DNA of 64,000 nucleotides from Planctomycetota bacterium (GTDB taxonomy: Bacteria; Planctomycetota; UBA1135). The DNA is taken from contig JASFYO010000010.1 in NCBI GenBank assembly GCA_045047305.1, positions 1-64,000 on the forward strand. The letters are read 5' to 3'. This document shows positions 1 to 10,613 of the stretch, in pieces (position 1 is the first letter of the stretch; each line of letters starts with the position of its first letter). Both the position numbers and the translations under genes were made by a program. The notes below the pieces were generated by a model. It saw nothing but the letters and a program-made list of their open reading frames with translations, ran no database searches and was not told where the DNA came from.

Positions 1-66
1 CAAACTCAAAAAAGGAATAAAAAGAAGAAGTGCGAGAAGTCCAGTCCAAGATTCAAAGAACACCAT
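1..66 (-). CDS. 5' end of a probable BatA-type (aerotolerance N-terminal) membrane protein, truncated by the window edge
   Basis: Manual translation from ATG at 66 gives MVFFESWTGLLALLLFIPFLSL, open to the edge. Hydrophobic N-terminus overlapping the DUF58 stop, a typical DUF58-BatA order. Confidence 0.45.
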   Translation of the reverse strand, partial: MVFFESWTGLLALLLFIPFLSL

Positions 67-898
67 GACGTGTAGCCCTCCGCAACAATTCTCCCCCATC
101 CTGACTTGCTTCGCCGCACAAAAGTTCACTCGGGTGAAAACCTGCCGCTATCAGTCCTTCTCGTTGAGCAGCGCGGAATGCGGCCCACTCAGCTTGAAAC
201 TGGGCATATCCGGCGAGTAGGTTCACTTGGATAGATTCTCCGCCCTCGGCCGCAACCAAATTCAAATTCTTTTTGGGTGGGGCGTTCTCTTGCGGCAATA
301 CGAGACTGGTCCATTGACGCTTTTGGAATCCTGGAGCGAGTAGAGACCACTTGCGCAGAGCATCGGAGTGAAACCACGGGTCACTAAGTACATGCAAGGC
401 GCTACCAACCGCTGGCCGCTGCTGAACGGCATCGACCCCGTCTGCGCCTTCAGCTGGAGAAAGGTTTTGCAAGAAGCTCTGGGCCGCGGAACGTCGGGAC
501 CAGCCTGCAAAACGCGCCGGCGAGGCCTGGCCAGCAAACAGAAGCACCCGCGTGCCTTGCTCCAACGCCAACCAAATGAGTGCAAGTGCGAGGCGACGTT
601 GAGCGACATCTCGGTCTTGAGTAGTAGGCGCCATCGAGGCGCTGCGATCCAAAACTAAACACAAGTGCCCACCGCGCTCTTGCTCCAAACTCCTGACAAC
701 CGGGCGGTTCGCCCTTGCCGTAGCGCGCCAATCAACCATGCGTTTACTATCACCCAGCTTCCATGGCCTGCGCTCGAATCCTGGAACCTGATCCCCAAGA
801 CGTGCATGCGCGCGCTCCCCCATCAAATCCATCTTCTGGCGCGAGCGCTGCCGAGCCAGTTCGGTAAAAAATTCCGGTGGGAAAAAATCGGGGGTCAT
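53..898 (-). CDS. DUF58 domain (vWA-like) protein
   Basis: Motifs GD..RMVDWRATAR and LVLDRSASM are typical of DUF58; ATGA overlap with the upstream gene. Confidence 0.8.
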   Translation of the reverse strand: MTPDFFPPEFFTELARQRSRQKMDLMGERAHARLGDQVPGFERRPWKLGDSKRMVDWRATARANRPVVRSLEQERGGHLCLVLDRSASMAPTTQDRDVAQRRLALALIWLALEQGTRVLLFAGQASPARFAGWSRRSAAQSFLQNLSPAEGADGVDAVQQRPAVGSALHVLSDPWFHSDALRKWSLLAPGFQKRQWTSLVLPQENAPPKKNLNLVAAEGGESIQVNLLAGYAQFQAEWAAFRAAQREGLIAAGFHPSELLCGEASQDGGELLRRATRHGVL

Positions 899-2244
899 GC
901 CAATAGAGGTTGTCCCAAGGGTTCTCCAATCACAGCGCCATCCGCAAAGACTAAATGTCCACGTAGGAATACTAGCTGGGGAAACCCGCGCAGTTCACGT
1001 CCGGCATACGGACTCCAACCAGACCGAGACAGCAGGGTTGTTTCGTCCACGACTCGTTTTTGCTCTGCATCCACCACCACGAGGTCGGCATCGGCAGCGA
1101 CCTCAAGCCGGCCCTTTGTATGTAGAGAAAACTCTTCCGCAGGCCCTCTAGTCACAGCATGCAGGAAGGGTTCTGCAGAGCTTTGATGCAAATCGGCGGC
1201 GGCAAACATGAGTGGAAGCAGCAAATCAATCGATGGAAAACCAGAAGGAGCCTTGTTGTAAGGGCGGTCCTTCTCGTCTAACGGGTGAGGTGCATGGTCG
1301 GTTCCAACAATTGGCAACATTCCTCGACGGACCAATTTGCCTAATCCACTGCGATCATCTTGATACTTGATAGAAGGATTCACTTTGAATCGATTTTGAG
1401 CAGCCGCTTCGGTGTCGTCGGCTGTGGCTAGCAGATAGTGCGGGGCGGTGGATCCGGTCACAGCCATTCCGCGACCAGCAGCAGTTGAGACTTTGGCTGC
1501 ACCTTCAAAGGTACTGATATGAAAAACATGCAGGATGGCACCCACTTCTGCGGCAATCGCAATCGCGCTATCAATACTCACCACCTCTGCTTTTCGCGAT
1601 CGACGCAAATCATGCCGGTTAAATTTTTCCGGATCATCCTTCAAGGATTCGGTAGCAGCATCCATGACGTCGTTATCTTCGCAATGCGCAACTACCTTAA
1701 TTCCAGCCTTGGCAGCAGCTCCAAACCAGCGACGCAGAGTGGCTTCGTCTGCCACACCGCCAGCACCGGTGCTGCAACCTAAAAAACACTTTACTGCCGG
1801 ACAATGACTTTTCATGGCCGCCAAATCATCCAAGCTCTCCTCAACCAAGGAGCCGTAAGGCGCGTAATCAACACGGGATATGCCACGCAAGTTTTCCAGT
1901 TTCTCGCACAAGGTTGCGAGGGAATCCATCAAAGGAGGATTGTTCTGGATTTCACAGACGGTGGTCACTCCACCATGTAGCGCACCGCTTGAGCCAAACC
2001 CGTATCCCTCTTTGCGCACCAATCCGGGTTCGCGAAAATGAACATGGCAGTCCACTAAACCGGGAATTAACCAACGCCCATCAAGCTCAGTAACTTCTTC
2101 TCCGGTTTGTGCACTCAATCCGGTGCCAATCTCAGTGATTTTCCCATGATGATCACAACGCAAATCCGTTGCATTCAAAAACTGGGTACCGTCGAAAAGA
2201 CGGCCACCACGAAAAAGGCGGGACGGAGGCGTTGGCACAGGCAT
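895..2244 (-). CDS. pyrC: Dihydroorotase/allantoinase-family amidohydrolase
   Basis: PGLVDCHVHFREPG, AHCED, HVFHIST, FKVNPSI, GTDHAPH, SGWSPY. Substrate assignment (pyrC versus allantoinase) is not certain. Confidence 0.8.
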   Translation of the reverse strand: MPVPTPPSRLFRGGRLFDGTQFLNATDLRCDHHGKITEIGTGLSAQTGEEVTELDGRWLIPGLVDCHVHFREPGLVRKEGYGFGSSGALHGGVTTVCEIQNNPPLMDSLATLCEKLENLRGISRVDYAPYGSLVEESLDDLAAMKSHCPAVKCFLGCSTGAGGVADEATLRRWFGAAAKAGIKVVAHCEDNDVMDAATESLKDDPEKFNRHDLRRSRKAEVVSIDSAIAIAAEVGAILHVFHISTFEGAAKVSTAAGRGMAVTGSTAPHYLLATADDTEAAAQNRFKVNPSIKYQDDRSGLGKLVRRGMLPIVGTDHAPHPLDEKDRPYNKAPSGFPSIDLLLPLMFAAADLHQSSAEPFLHAVTRGPAEEFSLHTKGRLEVAADADLVVVDAEQKRVVDETTLLSRSGWSPYAGRELRGFPQLVFLRGHLVFADGAVIGEPLGQPLLA

Positions 2245-2282
2245 GGCAAGGGCGGCTATGCCGCGATTCCCTATAGCCTAAC

Positions 2283-3365
2283 CTAATTCGTTGGGAATCC
2301 GAGTTCGCGGCGGACCAATTGCGCCCGCGCAACATCGCGTTCTTCAGGCAACATCAATACACCAAGATGAGCTTGCATATGCCCGGGCTGAAGCTTGAAA
2401 CACAAACTCAACAAGCGCTCTGCAGAGCATACGAAACCAAGTGCATCCGTCGCATCAATGAGGGCACCAAGACGAAGCGTACTCAATGCTTCCAAGGCTT
2501 GGGCAGTAGTCAATGCCTTGCAATCACGCACTACCTCTAATGCTTTGACTAAATCCTCACGCAAGGCTTGTCCACCGCTTTCTTGCTTGCGAAATACTTC
2601 GCGGGTATTGCGCTCATGCCTACAAATCCCTTCTCCAAAATCAGACACCGCCTTGAGTTGATCCGCATTGGATTCACCCAAAGTGCGTTGATTGCTGATT
2701 TGAAAGAAATGCCCAAGTGCACGGCTCCCCTCTCCATGCACGCCACGAACGGCCAAAGATGCGCTGCGAGCTGCATGCAAGGCACGTTGCATAGGAGCCT
2801 TCGCGCGAGCCAAGGCTGGAAGATGCAGCATCAAGCTAGCACGCATTCCAGAACCAGTATTGGTTGGGCAAGAGGTTAGGAAGCCAAACTGATTGCTAGT
2901 GGCGAATTGGAAGCTTGCGCTTAAATGCTTTTCTAAGGCTTGTGCGCGCTCAAAGGCAGCTGCTACATCCATGCCGCCGGCAAATCCTTGGATGCGGAAA
3001 TGGTCTTCCTCATTCACCATGACGCCGGACAAGCCATCCGCTTTACAAAACAAAACGGTAGGCCGTTCTGCCGTAATCAAATCTCTGGTTGCAAGATTAC
3101 GCTCAACCACAAAGTCGGCATCCGCTCCATCGAAACTTCGCGGATCCAAAATAGGGCCTGCATCACCTAGCGAGCGAAAAGATTCCGATGCCGCGGCAGC
3201 AAGTTCATCTGCCGTCGCAGCACTCATCTGCAAAGGGAAAGCCATGTGCTCCACGTTCCGCGCCAAACGCACACGAGATGAAACCACGACATCGGCCATG
3301 GGGCCACCAGGGCGCAACCATGCAGGTTCTTGGCCCAATAAAGCTTTCAACCGCTCGTCCATCAC
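2283..3365 (-). CDS. mcsB: Protein-arginine kinase McsB-like ATP:guanido phosphotransferase
   Basis: SSRVRLARN, NEEDHFRIQ, LTSCPTNTGSGMRAS, VRGVHGEGS, QISNQRTLG, and McsB-type C-terminal QPGHMQ...ERDVARAQLVR. Confidence 0.88.
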   Translation of the reverse strand: MMDERLKALLGQEPAWLRPGGPMADVVVSSRVRLARNVEHMAFPLQMSAATADELAAAASESFRSLGDAGPILDPRSFDGADADFVVERNLATRDLITAERPTVLFCKADGLSGVMVNEEDHFRIQGFAGGMDVAAAFERAQALEKHLSASFQFATSNQFGFLTSCPTNTGSGMRASLMLHLPALARAKAPMQRALHAARSASLAVRGVHGEGSRALGHFFQISNQRTLGESNADQLKAVSDFGEGICRHERNTREVFRKQESGGQALREDLVKALEVVRDCKALTTAQALEALSTLRLGALIDATDALGFVCSAERLLSLCFKLQPGHMQAHLGVLMLPEERDVARAQLVRRELGFPTN

Positions 3366-3372
3366 CTACGCC

Positions 3373-4305
3373 TTACAGAATGGTCTGCCCAAAGGCGCTG
3401 CAGATGAGGTGGCGCATATTCTCAGCACCTTGGTTGCACAAATCAAGCAATGGATTCAACTCCACCACTTCCATCGAAGTCATGCGACCGGTATCCGCCA
3501 TGGTTTCGAGCATCAAGTGGGCCTCACGGAAATTCACCCCTCCCGGAACTGGAGTTCCGACACCGGCAACGACTTCGGGGTCGAGGCCATCAACATCGAA
3601 ACTTAGATGGAAGCCAGCGGTATCTTGATTCACCACTTGCAAAACTTCCTGTACGACCTGCGGCATTCCCTTTTCATCTATATCACGCATGGTCCAGGTG
3701 TGTACGCCAGATTCGCGCACCAGAGCAGCCTCCTTGCGATCGATGTCACGGATGCCTACCAAAGCTACCTTGTCGGGGCGAATCACACCATGAGAGCCGC
3801 CGATGGAGGCAAGGGAAGCGTCGGCGCCTTCGAGGCCGATTAAATGCGCCAGTGGCATACCGTGAATGTTACCGCTGGGCGAGCTCGCAGGTGTATTCAT
3901 ATCCCCATGAGCGTCAAACCAAACTAAACCAATCTCTTGTTGTTTACATGCAAAGTGCTGAACGACGCCAGCAACCGTGCCCATCGCGATGGAATGATCC
4001 CCTCCAAAGACTAAGGGGGTCGTGCCCTCGTCCAAAGCAAGCTTCACATGGGATGCGAGTTCTTCACAAACCTGCAAAATTTCGGCAAGAAAACGCGCAT
4101 GTTCTTCACCAAAACCGGCGCGGGTTTCCATAGCAGGAACGGGAATATCATGCTCCCGTTGCACTTCATACCCCAAACTGCGCAAAGCATTACCAACCTG
4201 TGCAACACGCAATGCGCTTGGCCCAAGGTCAGTGCCGCGGCGACTAGCACCAAGGTCCATAGGGACCCCCATAATGCGGACGGCTCGTTCTCGTAAGTTG
4301 GACAT
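3373..4305 (-). CDS. rocF: Arginase
   Basis: GGDHS, DAHGDMNT, SGNIHGMP, SFDVDGLDP, GTPVPGG, VELNP. Start moved to ATG 4305, preceded by GGAGG. Confidence 0.93.
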   Translation of the reverse strand: MSNLRERAVRIMGVPMDLGASRRGTDLGPSALRVAQVGNALRSLGYEVQREHDIPVPAMETRAGFGEEHARFLAEILQVCEELASHVKLALDEGTTPLVFGGDHSIAMGTVAGVVQHFACKQQEIGLVWFDAHGDMNTPASSPSGNIHGMPLAHLIGLEGADASLASIGGSHGVIRPDKVALVGIRDIDRKEAALVRESGVHTWTMRDIDEKGMPQVVQEVLQVVNQDTAGFHLSFDVDGLDPEVVAGVGTPVPGGVNFREAHLMLETMADTGRMTSMEVVELNPLLDLCNQGAENMRHLICSAFGQTIL

Positions 4306-4306
4306 C

Positions 4307-5668
4307 CTAAACCTCCGGCTCCACACCAATGATGGCAATCACTTGCTTCGTCATCGCTTCCATCTTGGCTTGGTCATCCGACTCCAAGTTCATGCGCAAT
4401 AGCGGTTCTGTATTACTCGCGCGCACGTTGACCCACCACCAACCTGGCTGGGTGACGTCGCCATAGGAAACGGTCACGCCATCGAGTTCGTCAATGCTGT
4501 CGGCGTCGGCGAAGGCCTTTTTAATCCGAGCCATCGCTCCAGCCTTGTCTTCGATATGAAAGTTCACCTCTCCTGTGGAGTGATAGACCATCAATTCATC
4601 CAACATAGCACTGAAGGGCTTGTCGCTACGGGAAACAAGATTCAGCACCTGCAGCAGGATGATTTCCGAGTTATCGGCGTACCAGTTGTCGCGGAAGTAA
4701 TAGTGACCCGAAAGTTCCCCACCAAACGGTGCATCGTTTTCACGCATTTTGCCCTTCAAGAAACTATGACCAACCCGTTCCTTCTCTGGACGCCCGCCGC
4801 CCGCAAGGATGGTTTGCGGAAGCACCCAAGAGCTACGTAAATCGTAGACGATGGCTGCGCCTGGCTCTCCTTTCAGAACTTCTCGTGCGACTAGTGCAGT
4901 CACGATGTCATTGCCAATCGCCCGGCCTGTGTCATCAACAAAGCAACAGCGGTCAGAATCTCCATCAAAGGCAGCGCCTAACTCAGCACCAGTCTCGACC
5001 ACCAGTTTTTGCAGATCAACTAAAGTACTCAACTTTAGCGGGTTGGCCTCGTGGTTGGGAAAGGTTCCATCCAGTTCGTAATAGAGGCCTTGGTGCTTGA
5101 TAGAGGGCAGTTTGCCAAGTACAGCAGGAAAAGTATGAGCTGCCATACCATTTGCTGCATCCGACACAATATTCACTTCGCGGGCTAAATCCGCCCACCG
5201 TGTCACGTGATTGGCGTAATCATTTAAGGTGTCGACTTCCGTGCGCACGCCGCGTTGCGCAACCGGGGCTGGGGCATCGCCGGTGGTCGCCATGACCTCG
5301 ATTTCTTTGATGCCGTTATCCGCACTAATCGGCTTAGCGTCTTCCATGCACAACTTGAATCCGATGTACTCCTTGGAGTTATGGCTCGCCGTGACATTCA
5401 TGCCACCTGCGGCACCAAGGTGTCCGATGGCGAAATAAGCTTGCGGTGTACTGCTAAGACCAATGTCAATCACATCGAGGCCTCCGTCCATGATGCCTTC
5501 CATGACTTCATGATGGATTTCCGGTGCCATGGTGCGCATATCGCGTCCAATCACCAATGGACCTTCGCCTAAAAAATCGGCAAAGGCGCGGCCAATGCGA
5601 CGTGCGAGGCTGGCGTCGATTTGATCGGGGTAAGTTCCCCGGATGTCGTAGGCTTTAAAGACAGACAT
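4307..5668 (-). CDS. Phosphomannomutase/phosphoglucomutase
   Basis: FKAYDIRG, TASHN, FDGDSDR, GGELSGHYYF, VRASNTEP. Confidence 0.93.
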   Translation of the reverse strand: MSVFKAYDIRGTYPDQIDASLARRIGRAFADFLGEGPLVIGRDMRTMAPEIHHEVMEGIMDGGLDVIDIGLSSTPQAYFAIGHLGAAGGMNVTASHNSKEYIGFKLCMEDAKPISADNGIKEIEVMATTGDAPAPVAQRGVRTEVDTLNDYANHVTRWADLAREVNIVSDAANGMAAHTFPAVLGKLPSIKHQGLYYELDGTFPNHEANPLKLSTLVDLQKLVVETGAELGAAFDGDSDRCCFVDDTGRAIGNDIVTALVAREVLKGEPGAAIVYDLRSSWVLPQTILAGGGRPEKERVGHSFLKGKMRENDAPFGGELSGHYYFRDNWYADNSEIILLQVLNLVSRSDKPFSAMLDELMVYHSTGEVNFHIEDKAGAMARIKKAFADADSIDELDGVTVSYGDVTQPGWWWVNVRASNTEPLLRMNLESDDQAKMEAMTKQVIAIIGVEPEV

Positions 5669-5670
5669 GA

Positions 5671-6711
5671 TTATTTACTAAGCACCTTCTGCAGTGCGGA
5701 TGCTGCGCGATCAACGCAGGCATCGGTGATGTGACGATGAGTGACGAAGCGCAACAGGCGATCGCCTAAGGCGAGGGCCAACACACCTTCATCGGCGAGC
5801 GCAGGCTCCAACATCGGGGCATCGAGGTCCAAATGGGTGACCTCGAGGAAAAGAATGTTGGTGTCGATAGTGGACTGAGCTAGGCGCACCCCTTCAATGG
5901 CCAGAGTAAGGCCACCTAGGCGTCGGCATCGCGAGTTATCTTCCGACAGAAGAGGTGCAGTCTCCTCTAAGGCAACGAGACCGCAAGCAGCTAAATAACC
6001 AGCCTGGCGCATGCCGCCTCCCATCCATTTGCGCACATGACGAGCGCGTTCGATGAAGCTGCCACTTCCCATCAATAAAGACCCGACTGGACAACTGAGT
6101 CCTTTGGAAAGAGCAATGAACACCGAATCGCAAGTACGACCATAGGCTTCGAAGTCTACTCCGGTTTCCGCCTGTGCATTAAACAAACGGGCCCCATCCA
6201 TGTGCACTGGAATGCCATGATGCTGCGCCAAACTGTAAACCTCTTCGAGGTAATCAATCGGCACAATCGTTCCGCCAGAGAACAAGTGGGTTTCCTCCAC
6301 GCAGACCAAACCGGTACGCGGCATGTGTTCGTTCACTGGGCGGATCGCCCGCGCAAGTTGGCCAAAGTTGTACTGACCATTTTCGGTTGGCAAAGTACGA
6401 ACATGAGCTCCGGCAATGCGACTTAATCCCCCACCTTCAAACTGAAAGATGTGCGAATCTTGGTCTACGATGACTTCTTCACCCGGCACGATGTGGGCTG
6501 CCGCTGCGCATTGATTCGCCATAGTTCCAGAAGGCATGAACAGTGCTGCCTCCTTGCCGAACAAACTGGCCATGCGAGTTTCAAGCTTGCGCACAGTTGG
6601 ATCATCGCCGAGGACATCGTCCCCCACGCGAGCCGACGCCATGGCATCCAGCATCTTCGCGGTTGGTTTCGTGACTGTATCGGAGCGGAAGTCAGCCGGA
6701 GCTCGTTCCAT
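5671..6711 (-). CDS. ltaE: Low-specificity L-threonine aldolase
   Basis: DFRSDTVTKPT, GDDVLGDDPTV, PSGTMAN, HMDGARLFNA, SKGLSCPVGS, GGGMRQAG. Confidence 0.92.
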   Translation of the reverse strand: MERAPADFRSDTVTKPTAKMLDAMASARVGDDVLGDDPTVRKLETRMASLFGKEAALFMPSGTMANQCAAAAHIVPGEEVIVDQDSHIFQFEGGGLSRIAGAHVRTLPTENGQYNFGQLARAIRPVNEHMPRTGLVCVEETHLFSGGTIVPIDYLEEVYSLAQHHGIPVHMDGARLFNAQAETGVDFEAYGRTCDSVFIALSKGLSCPVGSLLMGSGSFIERARHVRKWMGGGMRQAGYLAACGLVALEETAPLLSEDNSRCRRLGGLTLAIEGVRLAQSTIDTNILFLEVTHLDLDAPMLEPALADEGVLALALGDRLLRFVTHRHITDACVDRAASALQKVLSK

Positions 6712-7901
6712 TACAGGCTCTCCACCACTTTGCGCACGCGGCGCATACCTTCCTCGATATTCTCAATCGAGTTGGCATAGCTAAAGCGGATGTAACCCTC
6801 TCCTTCAGCACCAAAGGAGGTGCCGGCCAAACAGGAAACGCCACCCTCGTAGAGAATCTTGTCTTGCAGTTCTGCGGAAGTTACGCCCAGTTCCTTGATG
6901 TTAGGGAACACGTAAAAAGCACCAACCGGCAAGTGGCAGGACATGCCTGGAATCTCGTTTACCAATTCAGTAATGCGTTTGCGACGGCCATCGAACTTCA
7001 CCAACATCTCGTCGACGGCAGATTGATCACCGGTCAAAGCTTCCATGCCTGCGCGCTGCGAAAAGCTTGCAGTACACGAGTTCGAGTTCACCATGAGTTT
7101 AGTAAACATGGCGGCAAGGTCAGGACGCATGACACCGAAGCCCATGCGCCATCCAGTCATGGCATAAGTTTTCGACCAACCATCTAAGAGGATGATGCGA
7201 TCGCGGATGTCTGGATCGACCATCGGGCTGAAGTGCTCATGTCCATCGTAGAGCATACGGCTGTAAATCTCGTCGGAGAGAATCCAGATGTCGGGACGAT
7301 CCTTGAGCGCTGCAATCACCTTTTCCAAAGACTCTTTAGGAGTCACCCCACCAGTCGGGTTGGCGGGTGAATTCAGAATCACCATTTTGGTTTTAGGGGT
7401 GAGACGCGAAATCACATCTTCTGGATCCAAAGCAAAGGCGTTGACCTCGCGGATGGGACATGCGACCGCTTTGCCACCGGTAAAGTTGATCATCGATTCG
7501 TAAATCGGGAACCCAGGGTTTGGGTAGATCACTTCATCGCCGCGTTCAATCAAAGCCAACATGGCATAGAACATGGTCGGCTTACCGCCGGGAACAATGG
7601 TGACTTCATCGGCGTTGACCGAAATCCCCCGAGTGCGGGAAACATAATCGGCGACCACTTCGCGTGCCTCTGGCTGCCCATTTGCTGGCCCATAATGAGT
7701 CCATCCATTGCGCATGGCATCGACCCCAGCCTCGATGATGTTTTTCGGGGTATCGAAATCCGGCTCCCCGATCTCGAGGTGGATGATGTCCTGGCCCTTG
7801 GCTTCAAGCGCTTTGGCTTTAGCAAGGACCTCGAAAGCCGTCTCAGTGCCGAGACGGGCCATTCTGGACGCGAGTTTTAGTTCTGGAAGGGTGCTTGGCA
7901 T
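6711..7901 (-). CDS. PLP-dependent class I/II (aspartate-type) aminotransferase
   Basis: GEPDFDTP, NSPANPTG, SDEIY, SKTYAMTGWRMG, GAFYVF, YIRFSY. Start could be 7901 or 7913. Confidence 0.92.
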   Translation of the reverse strand: MPSTLPELKLASRMARLGTETAFEVLAKAKALEAKGQDIIHLEIGEPDFDTPKNIIEAGVDAMRNGWTHYGPANGQPEAREVVADYVSRTRGISVNADEVTIVPGGKPTMFYAMLALIERGDEVIYPNPGFPIYESMINFTGGKAVACPIREVNAFALDPEDVISRLTPKTKMVILNSPANPTGGVTPKESLEKVIAALKDRPDIWILSDEIYSRMLYDGHEHFSPMVDPDIRDRIILLDGWSKTYAMTGWRMGFGVMRPDLAAMFTKLMVNSNSCTASFSQRAGMEALTGDQSAVDEMLVKFDGRRKRITELVNEIPGMSCHLPVGAFYVFPNIKELGVTSAELQDKILYEGGVSCLAGTSFGAEGEGYIRFSYANSIENIEEGMRRVRKVVESL

Positions 7902-8040
7902 CGGGATGAGCAAGGGTTTGGTGTGCCCATTCTAGGGAAGCATGGCAGGGTATCCAGCGCTGAAATCAGCGTTCCCACATGGGAACAAGCTTGGCGGCTC
8001 GACAACCTCCAGGCACGGCACGGGGCTTGCTACATTCCGC

Positions 8041-9051
8041 ATGATGCTGCGCCTGAGCCCCGCCCTCCTTCTACCCCTTTTCTTCGCCGCCTGCAGTGGC
8101 GAAACGCCGGACCTTGTGGTCTATTGCGCTCTGGATCAGGACCTGTCTGAACCCCTGATTCAAGATTTCGAACAACGTACGGGTTTGCACGTGCAGACTC
8201 AATTCGATGTAGAACGCAACAAGACCGTGGGCTTGGTAAGCCGCATTCTGCACGAAGCGGAAGGCAATCCTCATGCCGACGTCTTTTGGAACAATGAAAT
8301 CGCGCATACGCTGCGGCTGCAGCAAGCTGGATTGACCTTGCCTTATCGAAGCCCTTCGGCGGAAGGCATTCCTGACCAATTCCGTGATGCCGATGGCCAC
8401 TGGACCGGCTTTGCAGCTCGGGCACGGGTGATTCTGTATCGCACCGATGCTGATCTGCCGGTCCCATCGAAGCTGGATGACTTTCTGGATCCAAAGTATG
8501 CCATGCATGGCGCGATGGCTGTTCCATTAACCGGCACGACACTCACCAATGCTACGGTGATGGCCGAATTACGTGGACGCCAAGCCATGTTGGACTGGTT
8601 CACCGCAGTCGAAGCTGCGGGTCTACATTTTGGTTCCGGCAACGCCGACGTCATGCGTCGTACTCAATCCGGCGATTTCCACTGGTGCTTTACCGATACC
8701 GATGATGCCGCCAAAGCCATCGACTCCGGCTATCCAGTCGCAGTGCGCTATCTGGAACAAGGGGATGGCGATACCGGCGTTTTGCTCATTCCAAATACCT
8801 TGTGCATCCTGGATAGCGGAAAAAACCTCGATGCCGCAAAGAAGTTCGCGGATTTCATTCTTAGCTTTGAAACCGAGGCACGTTTAGCCCACAGCATCTC
8901 GCGGCAAATTCCATTACATGAGGGCGCACTGATCCCCGATGGCGTCGGCCACCCAGGGAAAGATTTTAAAACTATGCAAGTGGATTGGGAAAAGGTTGCA
9001 GCAGCAATCGGAGATTTAGCTAAAGACCTACAGGAGGCCTTCGTCCGTTGA
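8041..9051 (+). CDS. Fe3+-type ABC transporter substrate-binding lipoprotein (AfuA/FutA-like)
   Basis: Lipobox FFAAC; ADVFWNNE, WTGFAARARV, TDTDDA, IPNT motifs; first gene of an ABC operon. Confidence 0.8.
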   Translation: MMLRLSPALLLPLFFAACSGETPDLVVYCALDQDLSEPLIQDFEQRTGLHVQTQFDVERNKTVGLVSRILHEAEGNPHADVFWNNEIAHTLRLQQAGLTLPYRSPSAEGIPDQFRDADGHWTGFAARARVILYRTDADLPVPSKLDDFLDPKYAMHGAMAVPLTGTTLTNATVMAELRGRQAMLDWFTAVEAAGLHFGSGNADVMRRTQSGDFHWCFTDTDDAAKAIDSGYPVAVRYLEQGDGDTGVLLIPNTLCILDSGKNLDAAKKFADFILSFETEARLAHSISRQIPLHEGALIPDGVGHPGKDFKTMQVDWEKVAAAIGDLAKDLQEAFVR

Positions 9052-10613
9052 GCGCTGGGTTGCAAATTCGAAGCCCGCGTCCCTTTTGGGGATTGGCTCT
9101 GCTCGCAAGCTTGCTAGCAGCATGGATTCCTTTAGCTCCGATCTTGGCACCGTTAGTGCGCCTGGACCGCTTAGCCACCATGCTCGACGGTCGCACCGCC
9201 ATTTTGCTATGGCGTTCGATTTGGATGTCCTCGGCTGCAGGCCTATGCGCCTTTCTCCTCGGCTGGCCGTATGCCCTTATGGCCTTCCGCCTGCGCTTTC
9301 CCGGCAGCCGGGTCTTCCAACTCCTGATGCCCTTGCCACTCTTGCTACCACCACTCATGGTAGCCCAAGCATGGTTTGGCTTGAGCGGAATGACCGGCGC
9401 CTGGGCTTCGGTATTTACCTTTGGTGTTTGCTACGCACCACTACCAGCGTTACTTGCTTCTCGCAGCCTGGCCAATCAATCCTACACTTCTCACGAGGCA
9501 GCTCTGCTCATTGGGCCACGCTTCGCCATTGGAGAGATGTTGCGCATTTCATTCCTTCCGGCTTTGATTGGCGCTTGTTTTGCATTCCTCTTTGCCGCTT
9601 CCGATTTCGCCGTCCCCGACTACTTCGCCACGGTTGGCGATTTATTCCACGTTTACGCTGCCGAGATTTTCGGCAACTCGCGCAATGACGATTACACCGC
9701 TGGCGCAACCGCAAGCCTGCCCCTGGTTCTGCTTGGTTTCCTTGTGCTATTGGGCACAGCACATTTGCAGCGTAGGCAAATGAATTATGAAACCTCGCAC
9801 GGTAGAACGCCTCGGCGTCTGCAACTCGCAAATGGCCGCTTCTTGAGTTTCGGTCTATGCCTTGGTTTGCTGAGCATCTTGCTCCTTGCCCCCCTCGCAC
9901 GCATTGTTTATGAAACGGGCATGCAAGGCCCACTGAGCGAGCGAACCTGGTCAGAAGTCAGTAGCCAGGCATTCAGCGATGCCGTCACCCGCGGCCGTGG
10001 CGATGTCCTGCGCACACTTAGCTACTCCGGCCTTGCAGGCCTCATCTGCTTAGGCCTCGCGCCACTATGGGCACACCTCTTGCTGAAAGCCCGTTCGGGA
10101 TGGCGTTTTCTGTGGACGGTATTTTTGACCTTGCCGCTGCTAGTGCCTTCGGTGGCATTAGGCTTTGGCAGTATCTTAATGTTCAACCAACCTTGGCTCG
10201 AAAATTTTTACAATAGCATTTGGCTACCTGCACTCCTCGTCGCTGGACGCTTCCTTCCAATTGCAGTCTGGATCCTAGTGGAACGCATGGGACGCATCCC
10301 CGAAGCCCAAGAAGATGCCGCCGCGCTGGCCGGATGCAGTTACCTCACGCGCCTCTTCCGTTATCGCCTCGGCCCTATTCGTAGCGCATGGTGGTTGGCT
10401 GCTGGATTGGTGGTCGCATTTGGTGTACGCGAACTTGACTTCGCAATTCTGCTTCCTGCAGCCAACCAATCCGCTGCGGTGCGGTATTACAACGCTCTCC
10501 ACTTCTCACGTGACAACTTTGTCGCCGCCTATGGATTGGTGCTCGCCATCATCCTGTTTCTGCCGGTCATGCTGTTTGCATGGTGGCGCAACCTTCGATC
10601 CCCGCAGGTATGA
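9048..10613 (+). CDS. Fe3+-type ABC transporter permease (two repeated TM domains)
   Basis: Many TM segments; two EAA-like loops (HEAALLIG, EDAAALAG); overlaps the SBP stop. Confidence 0.82.
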   Translation: MSAGLQIRSPRPFWGLALLASLLAAWIPLAPILAPLVRLDRLATMLDGRTAILLWRSIWMSSAAGLCAFLLGWPYALMAFRLRFPGSRVFQLLMPLPLLLPPLMVAQAWFGLSGMTGAWASVFTFGVCYAPLPALLASRSLANQSYTSHEAALLIGPRFAIGEMLRISFLPALIGACFAFLFAASDFAVPDYFATVGDLFHVYAAEIFGNSRNDDYTAGATASLPLVLLGFLVLLGTAHLQRRQMNYETSHGRTPRRLQLANGRFLSFGLCLGLLSILLLAPLARIVYETGMQGPLSERTWSEVSSQAFSDAVTRGRGDVLRTLSYSGLAGLICLGLAPLWAHLLLKARSGWRFLWTVFLTLPLLVPSVALGFGSILMFNQPWLENFYNSIWLPALLVAGRFLPIAVWILVERMGRIPEAQEDAAALAGCSYLTRLFRYRLGPIRSAWWLAAGLVVAFGVRELDFAILLPAANQSAAVRYYNALHFSRDNFVAAYGLVLAIILFLPVMLFAWWRNLRSPQV

